Source: Octopus sinensis (taxonomy: Eukaryota). From it: 64,000 nt of DNA. This document shows positions 12,563 through 26,624 of the stretch, piece by piece. The notes below the pieces were generated by a model. It worked only from the letters and a program-made list of their open reading frames with translations, was not told where the DNA came from and made no database searches. The stretch lies in the NCBI RefSeq assembly GCF_006345805.1, contig NC_042997.1, forward strand, positions 158,100,001 to 158,164,000, written 5' to 3'. Each line of letters opens with the position of its first letter. Position 1 is the stretch's first letter. The position numbers and the translations under genes were made by a program.

Positions 12563-12758
12563 AAAATACAGTGTACATTTAAACACATTAAGAGGTTTCC
12601 ATCATAGGAATCATTTACGCTAGAAAGAACAGCTAAACAGCTTGAGATTTTGTTTATAGGAATCTGCAAACAGTGGTTTGGACTTTAGCTGTTCTTTCTA
12701 GCGTAAGCGATTCCTATGATAGAGACCTCTTAATGTGTTTAAATGTACACTGTATTTT
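12563..12758. repeat. Foldback element: 75-bp inverted arms around a 46-bp spacer
   Basis: 12563-12637 is the reverse complement of 12684-12758 at 71/75 positions. Flanked by TA-rich tracts. Confidence 0.92.
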
Positions 12759-12797
12759 ACGTATATATATATGTATATATATATATATTATATATAT

Positions 12798-12920
<123 letters not shown>

Positions 12921-14989
12921 TATGCAATTCATATGGTAAAACTTTTAATTGTATTCGTGGAGCAATACGCCAATACTTTGATATATTTAACTTCAGTCTG
13001 TTACAATCAATTGTCTACGATAATACAGGCTAAGAAAAGAATAGAATTCAAAGTTAACTCATATATAACCAAAGATAAAGAGATTGAATGAATTTATATT
13101 TATTTCAGTAGTTATGTAGATAAAATCTTAGAAAATCTTAGCGCAGGAAAAGTTCGAATAGGTTTGAAAATACAATAACGTACCCCTTTATTCTGAATAC
13201 GTTCTGGTGGATTCCAACCTAGATATCTGAGGGCTGTTGTTATGTTCATATCATCCCATAATGTTATGTCATTCATAAAATACAAAATTCAGTGATGTAA
13301 GGGGACTTGAAGTTATTCAGTATTTTAATCTCGTTGAGATTCCAGTGAAACTACCTCGACCCAATGAAATTCACTAGAGCTTGAGATTTTGTTTACAGGA
13401 ATCTGCAAACAAACTATTTGCTGATACACTCAGAACAGTGATGATGCAAAGTGATATATATATTTGTTTTTAATACGTTCTGGTAAATTCGAATGTGAAT
13501 ATATCATTGCTGTTGTTATTTCCAATCAGAACGTATTAAGAACCTATAGATACGTTATTGCTTAGATTATTACTGTTCAGTGTGCACTTCATGTAAATAC
13601 AAACATGTCGAAATGGAGTGTATGGCGGCACAAAGTTTATCGATAATAATCTGGCTTGTTAAAAAAGAAATGAACAACACAAAGTGAAACTGGTACTCAC
13701 AATTTGCTCATTCCAGCCTTTTTTTAATCGCTTTGACTCTATAGACTTAGTGATAAAATCTCGCTCGGAATACACACTACAGATTTAAACGCACGTATGC
13801 AGTAGATAAAGCATGCATAGGAGCACACGTACCAAAACATACTTGATTGCTACGATAGGTCTGATCATGATTATAGAACACAGGAGAAATAAAATAAGGT
13901 AACGCAAAATATTATTCTGTGAAAAAATGTATAAGATGTAGTATGTCATATCCCATTCTGTTAAAGAACAATGGAATTAATGAATATATAAATATTGGAG
14001 CATCAACAATGTCAAAAAATTAATTCAAAATTTACTTATTAAAATAATTCTAATTCTTTTGGGTTTTTTTTATTTGTGAATGTTTAAATTCCAGTTCTTC
14101 AAAACAATACTCGCTTGATGTCTTTGTCAAATCGAGGTTAATTCCTTGCTTGTCGGTGATGACGGATATATCCGGTGCTAAATTGCAGTGAAATATGTAA
14201 AGAGTAGTTGACAAGTTTTCAATATTCATAGCTTCATGGTCATTTGCATCTACATCAAGTTAAAGAAAATCAAAACCGTCTACGCGGTATGATGATAGAC
14301 ACACAAATTGAAAATATTGCATGACAAAACAGTCTTAGCACATAAGGGAATATCGAATAAGCAAATCAACTGTCAAACAAAGCTTATCGTCTCAAAATAT
14401 ACATAAAAATTTAATTATAAAACATCAAGTCATCAAAAAAAAAACCTGTAAGAGAATTATACTCTATAGGTTGACAAATATGATGAAAGTGTAGGCTAAA
14501 GGATTTGCCATTTTAGTTTTTCAATTAGATATTTTTCCAGGTCCAGCTCGATTTTATTCATCTGAAATAGGTAAGATTGGCACCAGGGAAAAAAAGTGAT
14601 TGATTCAAATTTTAATTCGCTTATTGAAAAGTTTCGGCCTTTTGTATAGATAAACAATGATAATTTGATGTCTAACTCGGTGGAATATCGGGATAAACTG
14701 ACTTGTGATAGTAATTATATTTTGAAAATAATTCTCACGGATGTTGATTTTCAATGTTATTCTTCAAAGAACGTTAGAGTAACTAGTTTTCAAATATTCG
14801 ACTCAATGTCAATAATTCTCCTGCCCCACAATTATCTACCCCTGTGATTATCATATACGCTTATAGTTTTTACCTCCTCATTCAATTTTATGTAGACCCC
14901 ACCCACATAAATTGTAGCCTACCTTTGTAATGGCCATTTCCTCCGATGCTACTTGGTAATCAAGAACTAACAAAAGAAAACCAGCATTA

Positions 14990-15790
14990 TCATCACCAAC
15001 TTCAAAAACAATACTTGTTTCTAATTTTAGTACAAAAACAACAATTTCGAGGGAAGGGGCTTAATCGATTAAATCGACCCTGGAAAGATGAAAGGCAAAG
15101 TTGATTACGGAAGTATTTGAACTCAGATTCTAAAAAACCATGACCTATATCACAAAACTGCTTCTGATCGTGCCAGCTAGCCAATAACAATAATAGTTCT
15201 CTCCAATTTTGGCACAAGGGAAGGTTGCCAGTCAATTGCATTGACCGTACAACTGGGATTATATTTCATCGATTACAGATTTAGAACTCAGAATAAAACG
15301 CCGAAATACCGCGAAACATTTTGCTCAGCGCGCGAACGATCTGCCAATTCGTAACCTTTTTTAAATGTTGGCACAAAGCCAGTAATTTTACAGAGAAATA
15401 GTTAAGAGACGCTATCTACGCTACTGCTTTAATCCTATTTTATTTTATCGATCTCAAAAGAATGAAAGTTAACGTTAGTGTGATTAAAACTCCTTTCGAA
15501 TATATAGGCATACGGCCTCAAATTTTGGTGGAGGGGCAAGTCGATTTTAAGACCCTAGTGATCAGCTTGTACTTATTGTAAGATAAAATCTAACTTGGTG
15601 GAGCAAAAAGGCGAACTAAATGACTCAAAGCATTTTATCCAGCATGCTTATCATTCTGCTAGCTCGTCGCAATGATTTCAAATTTTTCCAAAAGAGCAGC
15701 CCTTTTGGGGAGGGCATGAATCAATTACATCGATTGCAATGTTTCAGTGGTACTTAATGCATCGACCCCGAAAGAATTAAAGGCAAAGTC
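14990..15790 (-). mobile_element. Cluster of degenerate SINE relics related to family B
   Basis: At least four diverged gatgaaaggcaaagt..acctc / ggcacaagg motifs at ~15040-15130, 15210-15350, 15370-15470 and 15505-15790. Confidence 0.6.
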
Positions 15791-15799
15791 ACCTCCCCA

Positions 15800-16400
15800 C
15801 GTGTGATCGGTCCCTCGCAAGCCTCCGCTGAGATGCATCTGAAAAGCACCGTTCTTCTCTCCACAGCTTCAATTGCCTCTGATGGGATTGTCATATTTGC
15901 CCAATTATCTCTTGTTTAATTAGTCTCCATGTCTTTAGGAGCATTTGCTCCCTATCTGTGATATCGGTGATTGGTCTTGTCTGCTGCTGCTGCAAAACTA
16001 TTTTTGATATTTTTATTTATGTTATTTTCGTTGTTGTTTTTGCCGTTCTTATCGATGTTGTTGGTATTGGTTTTGTTGTTGCTGTTGTCACTTTTGCTCT
16101 CGTTGGTGTTGTTGTTGTTGCTATCGCTACTGCCACTGCTGTTGCTTTCTTTTTGGTGTTTGTTGTTGCTCTCACTGTTACTGTTCGTTGTACTTTGTAC
16201 CACGACAGTCTTGTTCTTCTCCTCCTCCCCTTCCCCTGTATTGTTGCTCGTGACAGAGGGAAGGGGAGGAAAGTCTTCATTTATTACCATATTGGTAGGA
16301 GAGTTTGTTTTGTTTTTCCTGAACTCTTTCAAGACGCGCTCCGCTATCTTGTTGAGTTGTATTGATACCATTAAATTTTAACGCCCACCGAATGTAGTTG
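15800..16400 (-). mobile_element. Possible 5' ORF1-like relic of a LINE with an Asn/Ser-rich low-complexity insert
   Basis: ORF 15952-16371 contains EDFPPLP and SFAAAA, motifs common in disordered LINE ORF1 regions. The middle is (AAC)-rich simple sequence. Confidence 0.4.
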
Positions 16401-16587
16401 GTGGGTCGAAAATCGCCCCTCTGGAGGCTATACAACCATAAAAAACCAGTAATAGGTTCCTGGTGTTTCTATTCACAATTTAAGATAAATTAATTATTAA
16501 CAACGGACACTAATCCTGGTGTAAATAAATATTTGGACTGGAGTTACTTGTAGCGTTCGAAAACACGTCCGATGTGTTTTGCAGCAA

Positions 16588-16589
<2 letters not shown>

Positions 16590-16639
<50 letters not shown>

Positions 16640-16659
16640 TAATAATAATAATGTTAATA

Positions 16660-16690
<31 letters not shown>
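16590..16690. repeat. (AAT)n/(GAT)n microsatellite
   Basis: Directly visible. Confidence 0.95.
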
Positions 16691-16699
16691 CTTAAAATT

Positions 16700-17380
16700 T
16701 TGGAACAACAACAACGCTAATGATAATAAATATTTTTTATGAAAATTAGTATTCATTCGTTCTATATTTTATTACGCACTTTCATTGTACTATCATGGAT
16801 AACTCTGTAGTGCAGTATTTTATTTCATAGCTTTCTATTATATTCAAATCACTGCACGTAATACCTGTACACGGTTCCAGTATGTTCAGCAATTGTAAGC
16901 GTATGGAATTTTTGTTATGTATTGTAGGTATGTATTTTCTTATTATTCCCATGGAACCTGTTATTATGAGGATATTTCTGTTTTTAATCCCTAGTTTCTT
17001 ATTTTCTCTATCATTATTTTGGGAACGCTTCTCCATTTACCGTTAGAAACAATTTGATTAATCGTTCATTCCGAAACTTCACAAGCTCTTCAGTTACGTT
17101 TTGTATTCCCCTTCATTATGTGTATCTTTTGGTTTTAGCTTTGAAGCTTGCGCTTCTCCTCCGATCTATAGAATATTTTCTTTTTGTCCAACTCTGCTTT
17201 GTTTAGTCTTGCAAGGTATCGGCCATGTAGCGGATCTTGTTGTTATAATGTTGACACAGCATGCTGCAATTGAATTTTCAGCTCAACTTGGTGTTCATTT
17301 TCTTTTAACTAATTTCTCTTGTTCTTTCGTTTTCCTTGCAAATATTTGTTACATGGGGGTTCCTTTTTTATATTTGTGAA
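16700..17380 (-). mobile_element. 3' relic of an R4/Dong-type LINE (post-RT and restriction-like endonuclease region)
   Basis: Minus strand LHGRYLARLNKAELDKKK (~17180-17235) and KKLGIKNRNILIITGSMGIIRK (ORF 16782-17036; cf. 'W..KT..IPIIIGALG'). Confidence 0.55.
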
Positions 17381-18080
17381 CATCTTTGCACAACGAATGC
17401 GAATGCCATAACAAGCACCAACATCCTCCTCCTCCTCCTCCTCCTCACCTTCTTTTCATCCTCCTCTTAATCATCATCATCATCATAACCATCATAAGCA
17501 ACAGCAGTAACAGCACTAACACCACGCCTAGTAAGCACAATATTGATGAAATCAGCTACGGTTGTAGGAGGATCGATACTGCAATTGCCCTTTCTACAAA
17601 CGGCAGAAAAAAAAAAAAAGAATGAACACCAGGAAATGTAACAGTAACAACTAAAAAGAAGAGTCACAGCAGCTATGGAAAAAGTCATTGTCTTAAAAGT
17701 AACTAATTTATTGATTCATTACAGCCTGATATCCAAGGCGTAGTGCTTGGAAATGATATATAAACAAATAAACAAAAAGAGACGTCTTTAATAATCGACC
17801 TGATGTGGTGATTTTTATGCAAAGTGAAATTAGTCGGAGTCTGAAATGGGCCATCATATACAGGTTAATCAGTCGTAAAATGAGAGCGCTAGAAAGCCTT
17901 AAACCTGCCAGGGCAAGTAGAAGATATGAAATGTGTGGGAGGATGCGAAGTTACATCAAAGAAGAAGATCGGAAAAAAAAATTCCCGACATCATATGGGC
18001 TGCATACGAAGTCCAAATCTATCTGGTAGAAATAGCAGCAAGATCATTTTCAAATTACATATTATCATATTGAAAGAGAG

Positions 18081-18284
18081 CAGGAGTGGCTGTGTGGTAA
18101 GTAGCTTGCTTATCAACCACATGGTTTCGGGTTCAGTCCCACTGCGTGGCACCTTGGCAAGTGTCTTCTACTATAGCCTCGGGCCGACCAAAGTCTTGTG
18201 AGTGGATTTGGTAGACGGAAACTGGAAGAAGTCCGTCGTATATGTATATATATATATATGTATATATATATATGTATATATATA

Positions 18285-18317
<33 letters not shown>

Positions 18318-18540
18318 GTGTGTGAGTGTGTGTGAGTGTGTCTGTGTTTGTCCCCCACTCCCCAGCATCGCTTGGCAACAGATGCTGGTGTGCTTACGTC
18401 CCCGTAACATAGCGGTTCGGCAAAAAGACTGATAGAATAAGTACTAGGCTTACAAAGAATAAGTCCTGGGGTCGACTTACTCGACTAAAGGCGGTGCTCT
18501 AGCATGGCCACAGTCCAATGACTGAAACAAGTAAAAGAGT
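18081..18540 (+). mobile_element. Full-length tRNA-derived SINE family A with an internal (TA)n/(TG)n tract
   Basis: Head with A/B-box-like elements (tggctgtgtggtaag...gggttcagtccc), internal microsatellite, 3' stem cagtc.aatgactg and gaaacaagtaaaagag tail. Homologous to 49419-49838 and 59157-59525. Confidence 0.9.
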
Positions 18541-19074
18541 TAAAAGATTATAGTTTCGCCACACTGTCTTAAAATCTACTTTGCGTTTGCTCACTGTTAT
18601 TCAGAAGACAGGAAAGTGTTAATATTCTATTACATTATTTCCTGTAATGATCAGCGGATTATATGGATTGACTTACTAATTGACATCACTAATATAAAAT
18701 CGATGCTTTATCGGTAAATCGTATAATTAAAAAGAACAAAGCATAATTTAGCTACGTATATATATGTACAAAGTAAACATGTGTTAAAATTTGGCTGTGT
18801 GAGTCATATTTACAGACTTGTCACATATTTTCCCCTACTTAATTGAAACAGATTTAGACAATTAACTGCCACTTTCATTTAACTGATTTACATATGAATG
18901 CACTCTCTCTCTCTCTCACACACACACACTTTCTCTCTCACTCTGTCTACCCCTCTCTCTATTTATATACACATACGCACACGCACATACAAAACACACA
19001 TATACATATTATAGACGTGTATACATACATACACACACACACATATATATATTGTAAACTTAAGGCAAGCAAGT

Positions 19075-19082
19075 ACCTATAC

Positions 19083-19138
<56 letters not shown>

Positions 19139-19174
19139 ATATATATATATCCATCAATCAATCTATCTATCTAG

Positions 19175-19261
<87 letters not shown>

Positions 19262-19357
19262 GTCCTATCTATATATATATATCCATCAATCTATCTATCT
19301 AGCTATCTATCTATTATCTATCTATCCATCTATCTATCTATTATCTATCTATCTATT

Positions 19358-19424
<67 letters not shown>

Positions 19425-19444
19425 GTCTATCTATCTATTTATCG

Positions 19445-19537
<93 letters not shown>
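19075..19537. repeat. Long (ATCT)n [(GATA)n] tetranucleotide array
   Basis: Directly visible; about 460 bp with interruptions. Confidence 0.97.
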
Positions 19538-19539
19538 CA

Positions 19540-21560
19540 GAAAAACAAAAGACGAAGACAGGTGTATGAACAACAAGAAGGTGTATTAGTTTGCGCTCGG
19601 GAAAGTGAGAAAGTCTTTTACGTTTAGAGCCTACGCTCTTCAACAGAAAGGAATAAGATAAAATAAACAAAGAGAAAAAAAAACTTGCACATTTAGCGAT
19701 CAAGCATGGCGACTGATTGGGAAAAAGGTTTGACAGAAGAGGTAGAAAGAAAGAGGGATAATAAAGTATTGGTGATCCCAAAACGGAGGTGCGTATGTGT
19801 GTGCATGTATGTTAGGATGTGTGTGTGTGTTTGTATGGATAGAGGCTAGTGATTTTGATGTGGAGATGTGTGCGTGTGTGCGCGTCTGTAATGTGTGAGT
19901 GTGTTCATGATGGTGTGTGGGTATGTGCAGGTGATGGTGTGTGGGTGTGCAGATGACGGTGTGTGGTGTGGGTGCTGGGAAGTGGTCAGTTATAGGGGAT
20001 GTGGGGATAGGGGTGGGGTTATGTGAGCGAGTGCGGCGTGTGTGAGTGGGGTGCATGGATGGAGTGTGTGGTGTGTGGGGTGGGCAGAGGGGGTATCATT
20101 GAAGAGAGAAGGTGGGTAGGAGTGAAGAGAGGAATTAAGTGTTAGTTGAAGGGACCCAAATGAAAAGAGGTGGGGAGTTGAGCACATGTGACACAAAGGA
20201 GCGAAGAGTGAAGATTTATTCCTGCACGCAACAAATGCTGGATAATGCTCGGAGAATGGTGCGTTGCAGGCAGGGTGGAGGAGTAGTAGGTGAGGGGAAA
20301 CGGAAGACGGGAAACGGCGAGTCGAGTACGAGGAAAGAGAGCAGAGGTACGGCCCACGGAAGTGCTCTGGCAAATGTGGATAATGGTAGGGGTATATCCA
20401 TCAAGGATGACGTAGCAAACCATGAGTTGAGACCGAGTCTCAAAGTCATGGTTGTCTCTGCAGAGTCTGCGCAGACGGAGGAATTGTGAGTAGGGGATGG
20501 AGAATTTGGTGTTGTTAGGATAGGAGAAAGAGAAGTTAAGGTATGAGTGTGAGTCGGTGTGTTTGTAGTGGATGGACGTATTGAGAACGGTGTGGTGTAT
20601 GTTGACAGAAATGTCGAGAAATGCGACAGAAGTTTTGGATCAATTCCGTGGGATAGTTACAGGCGGATACGATGAGGCGGCCAGGAATGCTGGGCTTGTG
20701 GATATGGTAAGGAAGTAAATGCTAGGGGTGAGCAGAGTGCGGACAATGAGGTTGGAGGCGGTGGTAGGGAGACCGGAGGTAGAGATGAGGTCATAGATAG
20801 TGGAGGACACAGTCTGTTGTTAGTTAGGCGTGGGGTTGGAGGGTCGAGGGCAATTGAAGGTGTCTTGAAGTTAGCGGAGATCTTCAGCCTTGTAGAGGTC
20901 TGTGCGCCACACCACTACAGCTCCATCCTTGTCAGCCGTTCTTATGATGATGTCTTTGCAGCGTCGGAGACAGCGAAAGGCCAAGAATTAGGCCGGGGTG
21001 GTGTTAAAATATCGGGGACGCCTGTGAAAGTTAAACCGGTTCACAACACGTGAGCGCAGTGTCCAAACTTGACAGATACCTCAAACTGCTTTTGAATAGT
21101 TTTCAAAGGCAGAATATTAATGCGCTTGGGCACTGATGACTTTTGTAGTCTTGTGTGTTTCAGATAGAACGTAGTCTTACTATAGAGAAGAGAATGGTTA
21201 GAGAGATAGCAAGTGTTATGAAGGGAACGTGTAATGTTAGAGTCCCTGATATCTCATTTCTTATTGATAATATAGTCTATGTGATGCCAATCCTTAGATC
21301 TAGGATGCATTCAGGTCGTCTTGCAATAATTTCGCTGTTGAAAAAGGTATTTGTTATGCCTTCTTTGCAGAGTTCATTCCGCCTACACCATGGTGACTAA
21401 GTACACCCTCCTATGCCACATAGTCAGTACCAACACGAGCGTTAAAGGCGCCCATAAGGATATGTCTATACCTATAACATTGTTGTAAAATTCATCCTTC
21501 TCCTACTCAGTGCTGGCCATGGCTGGGGCATAGCAACTGACAAGCGCAGCACGATTGTTG
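19540..21560 (-). mobile_element. Penelope-like element relic, with the RT core deleted
   Basis: Minus strand IYFL..IHKPSIPGRLIVSACNYPTEL (20640-20720) and FSIPYSQFLRLRRLCRDNHDFE (20440-20510) are PLE RT N- and C-terminal motifs. A 3' hammerhead-like relic lies at 19615-19650. Confidence 0.85.
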
Positions 21561-21582
21561 TAATCAAGCTTCAACGTTAGTG

Positions 21583-22200
21583 TCAGGATGCGATTAGAAA
21601 TACCTTTGGGTAGAGAAAGAAGGGATGTACAAAACCAACACCAGGGTGGCATGGCTCACATAGTTTTCTTCCACACCAGAAAACTATGTATCTACCTTTA
21701 CTTTCTTCTAACTGTGATAATCCAGCAAGACGAGTTTCACTGAGTGCAGCTATGTCAATGCTGTATTTCTTTAGTTCAAAGACAACCAGTACTGTTTTTC
21801 GTTCTAGTGCTGTGTGACTGTCTTGGAGAGTGCGAACATTCCAAGTACCAAGGTTAATATTCTTAGATTTTTTTTCATGTTTCGACTGCGTTACTGTATA
21901 ACCAGGGAGCTGCACGGGCTGCCAAGTTTAAGGTGAGTAAGCAATGTTTGGGGTTCCTTTTCTCGCCCCTCCCCCTGTTGGGGAAAGCAGTGATGTGTCT
22001 AAATAGACTTGCTTTGTCACCATTATAGGACACGGACATCACAGTTGCTCACAAAGTCTGTGCTGGAACGGCTATTACCAAATGGAGCCGACTGCGTAGA
22101 GATCCAACAAGAGACTTTCAGTAATATCCATTACCTGTCTCTGTGGCTTTTACTCTTTCGCCAGAAGATTTTTTGATTTTAGCAACTTGAAGCTGTGCCG
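21583..22200 (-). mobile_element. 5' end of an RTE/BovB-type LINE: endonuclease N-terminus plus probable 5' UTR
   Basis: ORF 21583-21915 contains GTWNVRTL, ERKTVLV..EL..Y.IDIAALSETR and FWCG...GVGF, diagnostic of RTE-clade AP endonucleases. Confidence 0.88.
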
Positions 22201-22733
22201 TACTGAATGAAAAAAATGCAAGTTGTCAAAAAGCTCACACATATGATTTGATTTGAGTGTGAAAGGCTTGTGTAGAACCAGCCACAATTTTTGGAAGTGG
22301 TGATAGCGAGAATAAAGTGCACATATGTGTCACAAATAACAAGAACAACACACATCCGGCTCTTTCTTCAGAGGTTTCCATCTTGACAAGCTGCTATAAA
22401 CAAGCTGGAGAGCTTAGTCTACACTATGAATCAGAGTTTGGTAGACAGTGCAGCCCTATTAAGGAGACCTTCTGCAATCAAAGACCTGGTTTTATATCAG
22501 AGTTTCCCTCTCCTAGATGGGATGTCTTCACCACAGTTAAGGAGCCCCATCTCCCCCCCCCATTATATGGAATTTAATACAACAAATTTATATATAAAGA
22601 TAAAAGATAAAACAGTATATACATGTACACATATAGTTGGATGGCCGTTGACTCATGAGTTACTCTGCCGTTTTGACAGGTTATATTTTTCGTCCTGCAC
22701 GGTGCCTAACAATCACCCTTCTCAGTAATAAAT

Positions 22734-22787
<54 letters not shown>

Positions 22788-22792
22788 AATTA

Positions 22793-22826
<34 letters not shown>

Positions 22827-22869
22827 ATATCTCTCCTTCATTGCAATATCATCAACATCAACAGTATGT

Positions 22870-23290
22870 ATGTATACGTAGAGATTGGTATGTTTTGTTT
22901 TATGTATGTATTCTCATGCATAGAATTTTACAGATATTTACAGTTCCAGTGATGGCTTGGATCTGTAGTCTTCGAATCACCTTTCTCCTTTCTAATTTCT
23001 CAAGATTGGTATTTAGCCATTATGTTATATATCCCAATGCCCCTATAATTACTGGTATAAACCTGAACTTGTAATCTAGATAGAGTAATTGTAGATTTCT
23101 CAATAGTTCAGCGTAGGTCGTCTGTTTTTTCTGATCTTCAGTTTTATTTTAACATTCGCTGGGCAGCTAATTTCCACAACTATACACATATTCTTTTCTC
23201 TATCTCAAACCATTATATCAGGTCCGTTGTACTTATATTTTACTGAAGTTTTCACCAGTACGTATGTATAATGTCCATAGTGTATAGACA
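22870..23290 (-). mobile_element. 3' relic of an R4/Dong-type LINE (REL endonuclease)
   Basis: Minus strand KYNGPDIMV*DREKNMCIVVEISCPANV followed by YKFRFIPVIIGALGYI, i.e. the PD-(D/E)xK REL motif region. Confidence 0.8.
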
Positions 23291-24124
23291 TTCTGTATTA
23301 AAAAACGAAGTAGTTATGAAGTTTCAAATTTTTTATAAAGAACGAAATACATAAAACTTCTGTTCTTATGGAACTTTTAAAAAATTGTGGATTACTGTAT
23401 TATGGGGCTTTCTTTTTATAGATGTATGTAAAGGAAAACTCAGCTGTTTGTTGAAAAATGTGAGGACTTAAATATTTTTAATACATTCTTTTTTTTAATC
23501 TGGGTGTTGGACGGAGAATAAATGATTTTTGAGTTTACCCACTTAAGTTGTATAACCAGCTGCTCGTTGTCAGGAATCTATATGTATCATCACATGTATG
23601 TATGCATGTGTGTGTGTGTATGTATGTGCGTGTGTGTTTATGTGTGGTCGTGGGTGTATGTGTAGTAAATATTTAAATGAAGAACATGTGCATGTTTGAG
23701 AGCATTAATCCTTAAGCAGTTTCTTTCCTCTGTGTGTGTATGTGCTTGTGTTTGTGTGTGTGTGTGGTGTAATTGTTTAAAAATAATTTTTTGTCAATAA
23801 TTTGTTTTATTGACAGCAGTAACAGCATCATAAGTATCTGACGTTAGCTTAGTTTGGTTCATCTGCTAACATTATTCTTTAATAAAATCTACAGTGTCTT
23901 TAAAATAGAGTATTTATGTTTTTACTTTTGAAGAAATTTGTTTTCATAGAATGCTTCTCCATAAGTTTTCGGTATTTTGGATCACCACATCAGCGTTTAC
24001 AAATAGGAATATTATGAATTTGTTGTTTCCGCAGAAATATTCTAGATGTTCCCTCGATAGAATTATCCCTATCCAATCTGTTTAATCTCTTATTTATTTG
24101 TTCCCACAAAGGAAGTTTCAAGCC

Positions 24125-24480
24125 TGGCTAAAAAGTTCGTTCATTTTTTGCCGACACTAAATTTCAAGCACTCTAATAAGTAGCTAACTCCAGTCTGCCC
24201 CTTACGCATTTGCATTCGTTAGACACTTGACACTTCAACGTTGTACATCGCGAACTGGTGACGACGCAGTTTGTATTTTGTAAACACTAAATCACCTTTT
24301 CTTATTTAAAAATGGCAAGAAAGCGACAGAACTATGCAGACAGATATGTGCTGTGTATGGAGAGGATGCTTTTAAGGAACTTATGTGCCAGAAGCGATTT
24401 TCCAGATTTCAATCGGGAAATTCTTTAGTTCAAGACGACTCTCGATCTGGTCGGCCAACTGAAAATAACAGAAACAAAAT
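24125..24480 (+). mobile_element. 5' relic of a mariner transposon (HTH region of the transposase)
   Basis: FKNGKKATELCRQICAVYGEDAFKELMCQKRFSRFQSGNSLVQDDSRSGRPTE (~24304-24463). Confidence 0.85.
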
Positions 24481-24924
24481 GGTAGACTTAGCTGTATCTA
24501 TTTATAGTGTGGCATCATTTAATTAGCGAATATTTAAACATATGTAGCAGATGTAATAAAGGAATACGTTGTGGTTAGAGTGTTGCACTCACGTTCATAA
24601 GAACATGCATTCGATTCTCGGGTGTGCGGCATGTAGTGTTCTTGAGAAAAACATCTCATTTCACCTTCTCTAGTGCTGTGTGGGGACCGGCATGTCAAAA
24701 AAATAAACCTAATGTTTCCTCTACGTGCGTAAAATATAACTAAATGAGGCTGAGATAAGATTTGCAGTCCAACCTCGTAAGACCCTCGCCAGTAACGACT
24801 ACCCATTTACCTCCATTGTAGTATATGTATATATTTGTGCTCCTCTTACAACATTAAGAATATTTTAACTATTATTTCTAGTAATTCAGGTGCTTCGGCA
24901 CGCTTAGTCACACTTAGTGACAAC

Positions 24925-24934
24925 TGAATTTTTC

Positions 24935-25009
<75 letters not shown>

Positions 25010-25018
25010 TTATACTTA

Positions 25019-25070
<52 letters not shown>

Positions 25071-25208
25071 ATATATACATAATATATTATATATACATAT
25101 ATACACTATATATATACATACATATATATATATATATACACTATATATATATATATGTATTTATATATACATATCTTATATATATATATAATATATATAT
25201 AAAATATT

Positions 25209-25242
<34 letters not shown>

Positions 25243-25259
25243 ATATATATATAATATTA

Positions 25260-25293
<34 letters not shown>

Positions 25294-25320
25294 CATATAT
25301 ACATATATTATATACATACA

Positions 25321-25353
<33 letters not shown>

Positions 25354-25358
25354 GATTG

Positions 25359-25403
<45 letters not shown>

Positions 25404-25408
25404 ATATA
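24925..25408. repeat. Long imperfect (TA)n microsatellite
   Basis: Directly visible. Similar long TA/TG/TATG tracts lie at ~12180-12460, 12760-12920, 36500-36800, 40790-41230, 45190-45570, 48005-48155, 54440-54755 and 63455-63740. Confidence 0.97.
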
Positions 25409-26557
25409 ATGTAGATAAGCGTAAGTTTAGAATATATATATTGCAACAGAGCAAACGACTTTTGAATACTTCGGTAATCGTCGTAATATGCATTATTATA
25501 AAACTGCATTGTAATATCAAAAATTTAAAAAATGTGTTATTGTTGGACACTTTAGTAAAACCTCTATGCGACACATAAACGTCAGCATTTATTACTCAAC
25601 TACAGCATTTTTCCTTTTATATGTAAGGCAATAAAATGTAAATCTAATAACCCTTAACATATTATATACATTTATTCCATCATGTAATATACAAAGTAAT
25701 GCTTTAGGAGTGTACACAGTTCAAAACGCTTGGTTTGCCAATCCTGCCACTATGCACACTGACTTAGCTGTACCTAAAATATCCCTGAAACGGCTGGTTT
25801 TTCAATAAATGAATTAAACTATCTATAATATCCTACTTCTATGGCTGCAGTAACTCAAAAATATAATGGTTTATGTAGTCTAAGATAAGATGCAAATGAA
25901 CAGAATTTATGCATTATACAATTTTAGATTCCTTTTGAAATTCAGCTGACTCAACTGCGAAATGTAACAGCAAATACATAACTGACTCCAAAGAGATTAA
26001 CTACAAAAACTGGATATGAATATATATATAAATGCACAAAATATGCAAGTATTCTTAAAAACATATGCTGGCACATAGTTCACTATGTGTGACGTATTGT
26101 GTGGATGTCTAATTACAGAAATATAACTAGGAGTGTGTAATTAAAATCAAATTCAGAATATTTATGTTGGCTGCAAATAAAATTAATTAACTGCACAATA
26201 ATACTTCTTTGAAAGTTCTCAGTTTCTCTCATATGACTTTCATTTTCTATGTCTGTCTGTCTCTGCCTTCTCTCTCTCTCTCTATCTCTCTCTCTTTCTC
26301 TCTTTCTCTCTGAATATGTATATATATATATATATGTATTTATAAATGTATCAATATATTCTATTTGCTACGTTTTTATGTTCTTCGAATAATATTTCTG
26401 TCATACCGCCACCCGAAGATTGCTTTCAAAGTCAAAGCTTCATAATCCAGCGTACAGCAATCTTGATTATTATCTTTTGAGTAAGCATAAAATCTACATT
26501 CTTTATCCATATATATATCCATTCTTTATACACACAACACACACACACACACACACA

Positions 26558-26624
<67 letters not shown>

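Noticed and set aside
18081-18160. tRNA-like A/B boxes
   Set aside because: These are SINE heads; they show no full cloverleaf and continue into SINE body sequence.
22330-22378. Minus-strand CTGAAGA with an aagagc/gttctt stem
   Set aside because: No GAAA box after the stem.
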